Assembly: GCA_937894115.1 (NCBI GenBank)
Contig: CALBFP010000001.1
Coordinates: forward strand, 14,245 to 78,244
DNA: 64,000 nucleotides
Direction of reading: 5' to 3'
Origin: an uncultured euryarchaeote
GTDB lineage: Archaea; Thermoplasmatota; Poseidoniia; Poseidoniales; Poseidoniaceae
Shown: one piece after another, positions 1-9,445 of the stretch
How the letters are laid out: every line of letters begins with the position of its first letter
Position numbering within the stretch: the first letter of the stretch is position 1
Program-made: the position numbers and the translations under genes
The notes under the pieces: generated by a model
Seen by the model: the letters and a program-made list of their open reading frames with translations, nothing else
Told to the model about the DNA's origin: nothing
The model's database searches: none

Positions 1-179
1 TTTTGGGTGCATCACACCCACATCGAAATCATGCAATGGATGCTGTCTTGGAAGGGTATACACAATGCGAAAAAGAACTCGGCCCGCCTGCTTCAACGCC
101 CGGTGGAGACCCGGTCTCTATGGACGATGTCATTGAGCGATTCGATCTCATTCGGACTCGAGTACGCTATCATGGTTGA
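1..179 (+). CDS. bud32: KEOPS kinase Bud32, C-terminal fragment (5' end outside window)
   Basis: Not in the ORF track. Frame 3 reads LGASHPHRNHAMDAVLEGY...VIERFDLIRTRVRYHG* (TGA 177-179), resembling the Bud32/PRPK tail (..SH....VL.GY...R..IR.R.RY). Overlaps the convergent gene by 32 bp. Confidence 0.65.
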   Translation, partial: LGASHPHRNHAMDAVLEGYTQCEKELGPPASTPGGDPVSMDDVIERFDLIRTRVRYHG

Positions 180-2238
180 AGGACATGGGACGAGCCTCAT
201 TCTGACGCTGCATGATGTAGACAAATGTCAAAACAATCAGGAGAACAACCGACAACTGCAAGACAACACTGGAATAGGTTGCAAGCTCCGTCCCCCTGTT
301 GAGAACCTTGAACGTCGTTTTTCCGTCATCTTGAATCTCGATGTAGGCGATTCCACCCTTAAGCGCTATCGGATTGACTTGATCGATGGTGTCGGATGTT
401 AACTGTTCAGAATAGTTTGTTGCGAGATTGAGTTGATGAATCTCCCAATCCCCATACTTGTCTGCGAAACTTTCCGGGTCGAAATGATCCTTTGCTTCCC
501 AAACGACGTATCCATAACCCAAAGAGATGTTTCCAACTGGATAAATCGTGCTGAATCCAAATCTCTGCTCACCGGAAAAACGGTCGTACAAAACCATCCT
601 ATCGAGTGCCGTCACATTCACTCGAACCGCAATGTTCGACGAATCAAAAGACACCTGAACGATGCTTGCGTTTGCTTCATCGACTTCACCCCAATCAAGT
701 CTTCTGTTTTCTTCCAGCGGCGCAGACGCATTGATTCGGATGTTTTGGAACCCTGTGGCTCCGATTAAACCGAGGCGAAGCGTAGCAGGCTCCTCCTCTG
801 TTACAAACAACACCTCGTTTCCAGAGACGGTCATAATTTCAATGGATTCGTCACCTGGAACACTTGGAACCAGAACCGGTTCGCCGTCAATATCGAGAGC
901 ATGCAAAACATCGTCTGCGATGTAAACCACGACTGGTTTGCCTTGAATCGACGTTACTTGCAGGGATTGAATCCCATCCAGTTCTTCTTCCATCAGAACG
1001 GTTGTTGGATTTTCGACATCGATCAGCCGTAATTGACTCTCATTCGCAAGAGCGAGATATCTCTCGTAAAGAGCATATGGAGAACCAAACTGCATCAATG
1101 GCTGAGCAACCTCGCTCGGCTCGCTCAACGGATTTGAAACGTTATGGATGAGAACGATGGCATTGCCTGACCGATCGTCCATCGTTGCCGACCATCCCTC
1201 TGAGGCCACGGCACCCTGCGCTGACTGAACCCCTTCAGCAGTCAATTCGTTGTGCGTTAAATCCCAAGTGATGACCGCCCCCGTCAGAATCAAAACGACG
1301 ACGATGAGCGTTCCCGTTTCTTTGCTTCTCGGTTTGAGCAATCGAGCAACATAGGTCTTGATTCGATTGAACAAGAAAGCCACGGAATGCCCGGGTCGCG
1401 ACAGTACGGTTGCAAGCCGACTGTTGATGGTTCGCTCATCGAATATACTCCACACTCGATCGTTGGTAAGCTCGGTCAGCCGAACCGTAAACGCTGCGAG
1501 AATCATGCCTCCAATAATGTCAACAAACCAATGAATTCCGAGGTAAATAATCGCAAAGGCCGTCAAGATGATGTAACCCAAAATCATGTTTTGAAAACGC
1601 CGCCAGCGTCGGTCGTGGTCGTACTTTCTGAAGGTTAACCAAATGGCAAACGGAACAGCAATGTGCAGAGAAGGCATACAGTTTGAAAACGCATCAATTC
1701 GGCGGAACCAATCTCTGATCTCAGGATTAAGCGTGTATGCAATCGCATCCATATCCTCAATGTAAAAACCCGTTACTCGGACGTTGAAGAACAAATAGAA
1801 TGGGATGGCTAGGAGATACACCCAAGCGATGCATAGAGCAACTCTGTCAGCCATCCAACGGTCGTCAAAGTACGTCACATAGAAGATGGATGCGTAGGTA
1901 ATGAACATGAATCCTGCAATGTAAAAATGCGTCATCACGACGTCAAGCCATTCGGAGCGGAATGTTGCCTGAAACCAAACGACCAAATCCCCTTCAATCG
2001 CATAAATGTACGGTGTCATGTCGAGCCCAGTTCGAGCCATGAGCATTCGATCGATTTGATCGAGGAAATCTTTGGCGTTGTAAATCGAGAGGGCAATGAG
2101 CAGATGAAGCCAATAACGGCGAATAAAATCAACAAATCCAGTCAGTGTTAGCTTGGCCCATGGCGGTTTGAAATACGGCATCAGGAACACACCAACGGCC
2201 AATGCCGAGATGAGCCAAGTGAGATAGACGCCATCCAT
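148..2238 (-). CDS. PAP2-family (AUR1/inositol-phosphorylceramide-synthase-like) membrane protein fused to an extracellular beta-propeller-like domain
   Basis: Multiple TM helices with NCMPSLHIA and YLGIHWFVDIIGG PAP2 motifs. C-terminal ~330 aa are acidic with VVWE...WEIHQLNL...EQLT...QVNP propeller-like repeats and a final TM. AGGAGG RBS upstream. Confidence 0.75.
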   Translation of the reverse strand: MDGVYLTWLISALAVGVFLMPYFKPPWAKLTLTGFVDFIRRYWLHLLIALSIYNAKDFLDQIDRMLMARTGLDMTPYIYAIEGDLVVWFQATFRSEWLDVVMTHFYIAGFMFITYASIFYVTYFDDRWMADRVALCIAWVYLLAIPFYLFFNVRVTGFYIEDMDAIAYTLNPEIRDWFRRIDAFSNCMPSLHIAVPFAIWLTFRKYDHDRRWRRFQNMILGYIILTAFAIIYLGIHWFVDIIGGMILAAFTVRLTELTNDRVWSIFDERTINSRLATVLSRPGHSVAFLFNRIKTYVARLLKPRSKETGTLIVVVLILTGAVITWDLTHNELTAEGVQSAQGAVASEGWSATMDDRSGNAIVLIHNVSNPLSEPSEVAQPLMQFGSPYALYERYLALANESQLRLIDVENPTTVLMEEELDGIQSLQVTSIQGKPVVVYIADDVLHALDIDGEPVLVPSVPGDESIEIMTVSGNEVLFVTEEEPATLRLGLIGATGFQNIRINASAPLEENRRLDWGEVDEANASIVQVSFDSSNIAVRVNVTALDRMVLYDRFSGEQRFGFSTIYPVGNISLGYGYVVWEAKDHFDPESFADKYGDWEIHQLNLATNYSEQLTSDTIDQVNPIALKGGIAYIEIQDDGKTTFKVLNRGTELATYSSVVLQLSVVLLIVLTFVYIMQRQNEARPMSFNHDSVLESE

Positions 2239-2314
2239 CTTGATGCCTCCTTGGTGTAGGGTGAGAGCACTTGCTCAAGAAACCCGCACCTACTTTTTAT
2301 CGGGAAACCTTCAA

Positions 2315-2674
2315 TCACCATGCGCCATGAACGTAGGGTCGTCCACGGTCAGGGTCTCTTTTTTGAGCCAAATCCCAGATATGCTCAAAGCGATAGATGC
2401 CGCTAGAGCAACCTGTTGTCCATTCAAATGCGAGTGCGTAATTTCCTATGGTTCGAACCGAGGGCTTCTCGCTTTTGAGAGATTCAACTGTGCGACGCAA
2501 CTGCATGCTGCTCTCGTCTTCATTGCGGAGAGGAGAACACTTCGCACACGGACAAGAATGGCGCAAATCATCGTAGGTAACGGTGTACGTAGTTCCATCA
2601 TGATAGGTTAATTCCATCGCGGTATCGAGGCGTTCGAGACGACGCAATTCGGGAATTTCCTCGCTCATGACCAA
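2315..2674 (-). CDS. DUF971 / GBBH-like N-terminal domain protein
   Basis: LRHSCPCAKC and GNYALAFEW..G.SSGIY motifs; 3 bp downstream of the Mrp gene. Confidence 0.85.
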   Translation of the reverse strand: MVMSEEIPELRRLERLDTAMELTYHDGTTYTVTYDDLRHSCPCAKCSPLRNEDESSMQLRRTVESLKSEKPSVRTIGNYALAFEWTTGCSSGIYRFEHIWDLAQKRDPDRGRPYVHGAW

Positions 2675-2677
2675 ACC

Positions 2678-3694
2678 TCAGATGATTTCCAAACCCGAGG
2701 ATGTTGCGCCATCCAACTGTGACTGTATCGATGCAACAACGTGAGAGAAAGCAGAGGCTGATGCTCCGTCAGGCTCGCTTACGATTCGGTGTACACCGTC
2801 GTCTCCACCGCGTACAAAACCGGGGTCAAACGGCAATGCACCCAAGAACGGTACACCAAATTCTTCTGCGGTTGAACGTCCACCGCCTTCTTTGAAAATG
2901 TCAAGTGTTACGCTGAATCGCCCTTCATCATCGCAGGTCGCCCGAAGCGTACGGCCCGCAGGTGCTGCAATTTCAACCTCAGACCCTGGGGTTCCCTTTC
3001 CTTGAATCGTATAACCGCTCATGTTCTCAACGACGCCCAGAACTGGAACTTTGAGAGAAGAAGCGAACGTGATGGATTTACGACTGTCAAGTAGGGCCAC
3101 ATCTTGCGGAGTTGTTACGATAACCATCCCATCAATATCGGGCAGCGACTGAGCAACCGTTAACGGTTCGTCGGAGGTTCCTGGGGGAAAATCGATGATC
3201 AAGTAATCAAGCGAACCCCATTCAACATCGCCGATGAACTGTTGGATGGCACCAAGCTTGATGGGACCACGCCAAACAACAGGAGTGTCCTCGTCCTCAA
3301 GAAGGAAGGCCATGGAAATGACCTTGACACCAAGATGACCTTGTGCAGGATGGATTCGTCCGGACTCAACGTGCAACTTTCGCCCTTCGAGTCCCATCAT
3401 CTTCGGAACGTTGGGTCCAGTAATGTCAATATCGAGTACACCAACTTTGTGACCTTGCTGAGCCAAAGCAAGGGCAAGACCTGTCGAAACGGTTGATTTA
3501 CCAACACCACCTTTACCGGAAAGGACCATGATTTTGTGCTTGATCTTTTTTCCAATCTCCGCCATCGCCATTTTCCGTTTCATTTGAGCATAAGCCTGCT
3601 CCATTTGTTTCTGTGCTGAAGCATCAGGTGCTGCCGGAGCCGCAATGTTTCCATCATTTCCATTGTTGTGCATCGAAACAGGGGAATCGGACAT
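2678..3694 (-). CDS. mrp: Mrp/NBP35/ApbC family Fe-S cluster carrier ATPase
   Basis: SGKGGVGKST P-loop, LDIDITGP, WRGP, DFPPGTSDE, VTTPQ, VENMS. Start chosen at ATG 3694 (MSDSP). Confidence 0.92.
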   Translation of the reverse strand: MSDSPVSMHNNGNDGNIAAPAAPDASAQKQMEQAYAQMKRKMAMAEIGKKIKHKIMVLSGKGGVGKSTVSTGLALALAQQGHKVGVLDIDITGPNVPKMMGLEGRKLHVESGRIHPAQGHLGVKVISMAFLLEDEDTPVVWRGPIKLGAIQQFIGDVEWGSLDYLIIDFPPGTSDEPLTVAQSLPDIDGMVIVTTPQDVALLDSRKSITFASSLKVPVLGVVENMSGYTIQGKGTPGSEVEIAAPAGRTLRATCDDEGRFSVTLDIFKEGGGRSTAEEFGVPFLGALPFDPGFVRGGDDGVHRIVSEPDGASASAFSHVVASIQSQLDGATSSGLEII

Positions 3695-3728
3695 ACACTG
3701 TCCACGTGTTCTGCCTACTTCAATGCGT

Positions 3729-4067
3729 TTATTTTGATCGTACAAAAAACAACCAGGCACCGTGTGTCAGAGTTGTTAGCGCTGTTGCGACCAAAATCAA
3801 TTCCAGTCGGAACGCCATTCCAGCATAGGCGTAGGCAATTCCAGCGGAAAGCGGAAGACTGAGGATGTATCCAAGACGGTACTGTCCAGAAAAAGGATGG
3901 TTCACTCGACCATTGATAAACACAAGAACATGCCCGCAAAAAAAGGTCATTGCTACCAACATTGCAGCGACGATTTGAAACATCACATCCAAATCGTTGG
4001 CTGCAAAAGCGATGTGAAGTCCAAAGAGCACAAAAAACGCGCTCGAATAGATGAACAACGCCTTCAT
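3729..4067 (-). CDS. small 4-TM hypothetical membrane protein
   Basis: Four hydrophobic segments; ATG at 4067 preceded by GGTGG; fills the gap between Mrp and arsC. Confidence 0.6.
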   Translation of the reverse strand: MKALFIYSSAFFVLFGLHIAFAANDLDVMFQIVAAMLVAMTFFCGHVLVFINGRVNHPFSGQYRLGYILSLPLSAGIAYAYAGMAFRLELILVATALTTLTHGAWLFFVRSK

Positions 4068-4131
4068 CTGATTTCCACCCTGTATGTTGCATTGAGTCAA
4101 CGTTGATAAGATGCATCACAGTCGTTGAAGC

Positions 4132-4488
4132 ATGCGATTGTTGTTCGTTTGTGTTGGCAACTCATGTCGTTCACAAATGGCTGAAGCCATGGCTCGTCAT
4201 CTTGGTCATGAGGCTCAAAGTGCTGGAACACATCCAGCGGCGAAGGTATCCGAACATGCATTGACGGTGCTTGAATCGAAAGGAATCGAAACACAACATC
4301 TGGAACCGAAATCGATTGATGGCTTCAGGGCGGATGACTTTGATATGGTCATTTCCATGGGCTGTGGAGTTTCTTGCCCATCGATACGAATCGATGAAGA
4401 TTGGGAGTTGGACGACCCGGTTGGACAATCGCTTTCTGTTTTTCAAGCAACTGCTCAAGAGATTGAACGACGTTTGATGTTGCTGTAG
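4132..4488 (+). CDS. arsC: arsenate reductase / low-molecular-weight protein-tyrosine phosphatase
   Basis: LFVCVGNSCRSQMAE P-loop, SAGT, MGCG..CP resolving cysteines, W.LDDP. Confidence 0.85.
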   Translation: MRLLFVCVGNSCRSQMAEAMARHLGHEAQSAGTHPAAKVSEHALTVLESKGIETQHLEPKSIDGFRADDFDMVISMGCGVSCPSIRIDEDWELDDPVGQSLSVFQATAQEIERRLMLL

Positions 4489-4806
4489 TCACTCTTCTTC
4501 GGTCATGTCCCCTTCACCAAGAAGATCGATGCATATACTGCTCACAGTTTTTGTGCGACCATCGTCATCTTGCAGTTCAACTGAATCGGTTTCAATGTTT
4601 ACAATACGCACAGATTCTGGAAGCATGGAAGCGATGATTCCATGTCGTCTTCGACATATTTCGGCCACATCGACAGCTCGGCCAATGGCTTGTCCTCTCG
4701 CCTGCAATCGAATCAGACGATCGCCGTCTTTCATGGCCACCAGCACGGCTTTGATGTATGAGAATGAAGGTTTTTTTCCAACGTAAATGATTCGCGGTTC
4801 AGGCAT
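4489..4806 (-). CDS. albA: Alba chromatin/RNA-binding protein
   Basis: IYVGKKP...Y, LQARGQAIGRAVDVAE, VSSI.I.L. Confidence 0.92.
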   Translation of the reverse strand: MPEPRIIYVGKKPSFSYIKAVLVAMKDGDRLIRLQARGQAIGRAVDVAEICRRRHGIIASMLPESVRIVNIETDSVELQDDDGRTKTVSSICIDLLGEGDMTEEE

Positions 4807-4853
4807 ATGATGCCATTCGACCCTCAGTATGTAAAGTCTGTTTCAGTGAGGTT

Positions 4854-4928
4854 TGGTGCGAGCGCCGGGACTCGAACCCGGGTTCAGGCGTTGGCAACGC
4901 CCGGTGATAACCACTACACTACGCTCGC
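4854..4928 (-). tRNA. tRNA-Gly(GCC), CCA encoded, no intron
   Basis: Minus strand reads GCGAGCG-TA-GTGTAGTGGTTATCAC-C-GGGCG-TT-GCC-AA-CGCCT-GAAC-CCGGG-TTCGAGT-CCCGG-CGCTCGC-A-CCA; complete cloverleaf. Confidence 0.97.
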
Positions 4929-4954
4929 AGGCGGCAAACAATCCACCAAGCAGG

Positions 4955-4970
4955 GGTATAAACGATTGTC
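4955..4970 (-). promoter_or_regulatory. TATA box of tRNA-Gly
   Basis: TTTATA on the minus strand (4957-4962), about 29 nt upstream of the mature 5' end. Confidence 0.6.
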
Positions 4971-4985
4971 GGCGCAATTGGATGC

Positions 4986-7900
4986 TCATTGAAAACCAAA
5001 ACGGTCCTGTCCTTGATTTGGGGGTTGATTGTAACGGAAGTATACGACCAAGCCAGCGATGAGAGCAGCAATTCCAACAACAATCGCAATCAAAGTTATG
5101 GGTAATCCTCCATCGTTGCTTCCAAGATTGGATGAGTCGGCCTCATCAACGAAAACAACAAACGACGTGGGAGATGTTGCATCACCGAACGAATCCGACG
5201 CCTGTACAATAATTTCATGTCCGCTGATCGGTGTTGATTTCCGCACCGATGCAGTTGCCGTGTAAACCCCGTCACCTGCCACCTTGTCCAGTCCTTGGCC
5301 ATTGTCGTACAACGTCACCCAACGCTGGTTTTGTCCAACCGGTTTGAGGACACCCAAATCGGCACGTACCAACAGAATTCCATCTGCATCCTCTACGCGC
5401 AGTTCAATCGCCTGTTCGCTGCTTGAGGTGCCTCGCTCAAGCGCTTCATTTGTTGCGAGGGTGATCGTTGGAGGTGTGTTTTCTACAGTCACCGCCAAAT
5501 CAACATCGGTTGAACTCGGTTGGAAATGGTGCTCAGATGCTTGTGTCTTCGTCACCAAAATGCTCGCTCCCAAGTCGTCGGTCAATCGGACCTTGAGGAG
5601 CCGAAGACCTGGCGTCATGCCCTCTGGAATGACAACATCACAGGTCCACAAATCGAGTTTTGTACAATCGGTTTCTTGACCACCGTATTCTCGGAGATCT
5701 ACAACAACCGAATCGACACCATGGAAATCAAGAACTTCAAGCGACATCAACACAGCTCCACCGCGAACCACCCGTTCAGGGGCGATGGAGGCACTCAGAA
5801 TTCGTGGTGCCTGATTTTCCACAGTCATTGTTGTGGTCAGCACATCTGCTTCACCCCACTCGTCTGTTGCTTCAACACTGATGGCAACCTCGCCTACTTC
5901 CAATCCTTGTACGGCAACGAGGGTGGTCCACTCGTTGTCGCCGATAACTTGGTCACCATTCAGACCCCGATCGCTCATTGAAACAACACCAAGGCCGATG
6001 GATGAAAGATCGACCAGAACGCTCACAACGTTGTAATCCGAATCGTCAATTTTGGCAACAAGATGAGCAGGAGATGCTCCCTCTCCGAATACCAAGCCTT
6101 CCAGCAACGACAACTCAAGAATTTGTGGTGCAGTATTGTCATCAACTGAGACAACACTCGGGGAGAGAATGGCATCAACCGCTTGAGATTCGTTGAGTAT
6201 AGCAACTTCACCGTTTTCGCCGAATTCAATCTCAAAGGATCGTGTGGTGCTGGCCAAAAGACCGGTCAAAGGACCCTTGTGAACGATGGAACCTTGTGCG
6301 CTTCCAGAAACTCCGTCACTGTATTCACCACTCCACTGAATGACGCTGAGGTTCTTTGCATCGCGCGGTTCAATCGTTTCTTGTCCAGCGGTTACCGTAA
6401 GAACAATGCCGTCTTGTGCGAGCAAACGGATGACATCCCCTGTTTCCATGGGCACAGGTGCCAATCCTGCCTCTCGACCAACGGAGATGTTGCCCAAGGC
6501 CTCCTCAACTTCAGGCGGCGCCGGCTCACGCTCGATTGGACTTCGCTCCGGTCGTTCATCGCCGCTTGATGGATCGGGTCCAGTCTCGGTCCACACAAGC
6601 CGAACCGTTCGATTGCTCCAGTCGGCATTCGTTGCTTGATAGATGTAGGAATCGTTGTAATAAGAACCAACTCCACTGCCGCCGAAGAAGTTGCTACCGC
6701 CAACACCCGTAACATTGAACCAAGTCTCGCTATGGATGACATTGACATCGTGTTCAACAAGCGTGTGATTGAGTTGTTTTCCTGTCTGTTCGATGGTTTG
6801 AACCATACCAAACGTTCCTTGCACGTCTCCAGAAAGAGTGCCATCGACGTGGACATCATCCACCAAAGTAATTCCATCCTCCACTTGATTGTGGAATGTA
6901 TATACTGTGCCGTTGACAACCATTGAGGAGTTGTCTTCTTCATCTTCGAAGCCGAAGGTCCCGTCACCTCGTACCAGATAGCGCTGGTCGATTCGAACAC
7001 CATCTTCCCATCGCTCAAGGGTTTCGAACTGGTCCAATTCAAGATTGAATTCCGACCCTTCCTCGGCAAACATCATGTTGGCGGTGGCTTCGATCTGAAC
7101 GTGTTCGAGAACTCGGACACCATCGATGTCGCTTGTCTCCAAGAGGAGCAAACTGATGTCCCCGTCAACATCGAAAAGTGATCCGTCTTCCTCTCCATCG
7201 ACCATGAGGGCTCCAAAGGCTTCCATTCGAAGGCGCTCAGTAACAACGTCGTCGATATCTGAACGGTTGAGTAAAGCATCGACAACGGTTGCGTTAATCG
7301 TGGTTGTAACCCCGTCATCCACGAGTTGAAGTAGGATGTCTCCGCTCCCTTTTGCTTGAATTACCTGAGAGGTTAAAATCCCTGATGTCACGGTTTCGTT
7401 CTTCCAAAACGATTCGAGCTCAAGTGACAGTTCTGTTGTTGAATCGTTGGTTCGTTCAGACGTGTACAACGTTCCGCTTCCCAGTTCATATGCACTCAAC
7501 ACTTCACCAATTCGTTGCTGCCATCCATTGCCTTCAAACAACAACATGAACGACTGATTGCCGTCGGTTGTTTCGTAATTTTGATCAAGAGACCATGCCG
7601 TCGTTGTCGTCACTTCATGATCAGCCATCGGTTGATTCCACGAACCAACGGTGAAGGTTCGCTCAACGCTGACTGGGGTCGAAAGTGGAACGTTGTCGTG
7701 ACCGTTGATGACGACGCCAATGGAAACCGAATCGCCCCATGCAATCTCTGAATCAAGAACAACACGGGCTGTTAACGTCGATGTATCCTCAAGAAACGTC
7801 GTCTGGATTGAAGGAGCAAGGTCGACTGCATCACGTACGTGTTGCACCGTCAAATCGTAATCGTGTGCATATGAATCGCCAAAAGTGAGAATGTAGGCGT

Positions 7901-8036
7901 GTTCGTTACTCAGAGCCGAAGAGCCGCTCCAATCGGTGGTAATCGAAACCGTCGGAGCATCCTGTGCCGAAGCAATGGACGACATTGGCGTGAGCAAAAG
8001 CAACATCACGAGGACAACGCTACGATACCATCCCAT
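4986..8036 (-). CDS. large acidic cell-surface glycoprotein with choice-of-anchor-X-like/Ig-like modules and a C-terminal membrane anchor
   Basis: Signal peptide (MGWYRSVVLVMLLLL...ASA), many N-x-S/T sequons, motifs MSDRGLNGDQVIGDNEWT and LYDNGQGLDKVAGDGVYTA, N..P.I Ig-like starts, C-terminal TM. Confidence 0.75.
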   Translation of the reverse strand: MGWYRSVVLVMLLLLTPMSSIASAQDAPTVSITTDWSGSSALSNEHAYILTFGDSYAHDYDLTVQHVRDAVDLAPSIQTTFLEDTSTLTARVVLDSEIAWGDSVSIGVVINGHDNVPLSTPVSVERTFTVGSWNQPMADHEVTTTTAWSLDQNYETTDGNQSFMLLFEGNGWQQRIGEVLSAYELGSGTLYTSERTNDSTTELSLELESFWKNETVTSGILTSQVIQAKGSGDILLQLVDDGVTTTINATVVDALLNRSDIDDVVTERLRMEAFGALMVDGEEDGSLFDVDGDISLLLLETSDIDGVRVLEHVQIEATANMMFAEEGSEFNLELDQFETLERWEDGVRIDQRYLVRGDGTFGFEDEEDNSSMVVNGTVYTFHNQVEDGITLVDDVHVDGTLSGDVQGTFGMVQTIEQTGKQLNHTLVEHDVNVIHSETWFNVTGVGGSNFFGGSGVGSYYNDSYIYQATNADWSNRTVRLVWTETGPDPSSGDERPERSPIEREPAPPEVEEALGNISVGREAGLAPVPMETGDVIRLLAQDGIVLTVTAGQETIEPRDAKNLSVIQWSGEYSDGVSGSAQGSIVHKGPLTGLLASTTRSFEIEFGENGEVAILNESQAVDAILSPSVVSVDDNTAPQILELSLLEGLVFGEGASPAHLVAKIDDSDYNVVSVLVDLSSIGLGVVSMSDRGLNGDQVIGDNEWTTLVAVQGLEVGEVAISVEATDEWGEADVLTTTMTVENQAPRILSASIAPERVVRGGAVLMSLEVLDFHGVDSVVVDLREYGGQETDCTKLDLWTCDVVIPEGMTPGLRLLKVRLTDDLGASILVTKTQASEHHFQPSSTDVDLAVTVENTPPTITLATNEALERGTSSSEQAIELRVEDADGILLVRADLGVLKPVGQNQRWVTLYDNGQGLDKVAGDGVYTATASVRKSTPISGHEIIVQASDSFGDATSPTSFVVFVDEADSSNLGSNDGGLPITLIAIVVGIAALIAGLVVYFRYNQPPNQGQDRFGFQ

Positions 8037-8090
8037 ACGCAACGCTTGATGCTGCTCCTCTCTAAGGGTGTTGGCGTGTTGTTTCAACAA

Positions 8091-9047
8091 TCAGAGGTTC
8101 AGAATGTAGGCAAACAGTAGAGGAGCGACGATGGTTGCATCGCTTTCAACAATGAACATCGGCGTCCCTGAATCGATTTTCCCCCATGTAATTTTCTCAC
8201 TGGGTGGCGCACCTGAATAACCTCCATACGATGGACTCGATTCTGAAATCTGTCCAAACCACGACCACAGCGGTACGTTTTGTTCCAAATCTTGGTTCAA
8301 CATCGGCACAACACAGATTGGAAAATCACCCGCAATACCGCCCCCGATTTGCAAAAAGGCCAATGGAACGGTTTGATTCTGATACCACGATGCGAGATGT
8401 CTCATGTACTCAATTCCTGACAACACGCAATCGGATTCAATCTCGCCTTCGATTGTTCGTGCAGCGAAGATGTTGCCCATGGTTGAATCCTCCCATCCAG
8501 GAACAAATACAGGAAGATTGGACTGAGCGGCCGCCAATACCCAAGACGTTTCAGTGTCACCTTGTACGGAGTTCAAAAACGATTCATCCCGTACTGTTTT
8601 GAAAAAATAAGCATGCGGGAGTTGTCGCGTCCCGTTCTGTGAAGCACTTTTCCAAGCCTCGACAAGACGTGTTTCCAAGGATCGAATTGCTGCTTCTTCA
8701 GGTATGCAAACATCGGTAACTCGATTCATCTTGTTCTCAAAAAGTCGCTCTTCATCTTCAAGCGACAAGTTTCTCCAATCGAAAACAGAGGTGTAGGACG
8801 GAGACGCCATCATGCGGAAGACATCTTCCTCGAGATTTGCTCCCGTGCAGCTTATTCCTGCGATGTGCCCTTTTCGTATCATCGGAGCAAGCAGCGTTCC
8901 AATTCCAGCGGTACTCATAGCTCCCGCAAGCGTAACGAAGAGTTTTCCTCCGGATTGCAAATGCTTCAGAAGCGAAGAAGACATTCGCGTCAGTTCACCT
9001 GCATTGAAATGAAGGAAGGTTGAGTCCATCATCGAACGAATGCTCAT
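8091..9047 (-). CDS. deoxyhypusine-synthase-like protein, bacterial-type (candidate homospermidine/aminobutylagmatine synthase)
   Basis: HFNA, TLAGAMSTA, SCTGANLEED, PGWEDSTMGN, IGGGIAGDFPICVVP, GYSGAPPSEKITWGK (catalytic Lys), ESDATIVAPL. ATGA overlap with the upstream gene. Confidence 0.9.
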   Translation of the reverse strand: MSIRSMMDSTFLHFNAGELTRMSSSLLKHLQSGGKLFVTLAGAMSTAGIGTLLAPMIRKGHIAGISCTGANLEEDVFRMMASPSYTSVFDWRNLSLEDEERLFENKMNRVTDVCIPEEAAIRSLETRLVEAWKSASQNGTRQLPHAYFFKTVRDESFLNSVQGDTETSWVLAAAQSNLPVFVPGWEDSTMGNIFAARTIEGEIESDCVLSGIEYMRHLASWYQNQTVPLAFLQIGGGIAGDFPICVVPMLNQDLEQNVPLWSWFGQISESSPSYGGYSGAPPSEKITWGKIDSGTPMFIVESDATIVAPLLFAYILNL

Positions 9048-9442
9048 GGTGTACCCCCTGAAACAAAACGATCGACGCACTGTTCTTGCCTACAACACAA
9101 CGTAGGACTGATTTCGGTAAGGGCTGCCTTGAGTTGTGAGACTATCGAATCGGGATCGGTTTCACCGCACGTGAACGCATCAATCGCAAGCAAACCACGT
9201 TCGGAATAGCAATGGGCGCTCACATGGCTCTCATCAATGAGAACAACCGCAGCAAAACCGAGTGGAGAAACACTGCCGTCAAATGTTTCAACGTGAGCAT
9301 GCACCTCTCGAGCACCGCTGTTTTCAACAGCGTTTTTCATCAATTGAAGCATCTCACCGCCTGAAAATGTTGGTGGAGGAAAGAAACCTGTGTAATCCAA
9401 GAAAATGTGTTTTCCAAGTGCTCCATCATGCGCCATGTTCAT
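9044..9442 (-). CDS. speD: pyruvoyl-dependent decarboxylase of the AdoMetDC/SpeD family
   Basis: G.H...D, G...VVLIDE-SHVSAH (E/S autocleavage site), E.G..AIDAFTCG. Substrate uncertain (see findings). Confidence 0.85.
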   Translation of the reverse strand: MNMAHDGALGKHIFLDYTGFFPPPTFSGGEMLQLMKNAVENSGAREVHAHVETFDGSVSPLGFAAVVLIDESHVSAHCYSERGLLAIDAFTCGETDPDSIVSQLKAALTEISPTLCCRQEQCVDRFVSGGTP

Positions 9443-9445
9443 CCC

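Noticed and set aside
7-402. 131-aa plus-strand ORF at the window start
   Set aside because: It overlaps the PAP2 gene extensively; frame 3 (Bud32-like tail ending at 179) explains the region better.
4854-4928. tRNA as integration site of a mobile element
   Set aside because: No integrase and no duplicated tRNA 3' end seen in the window.
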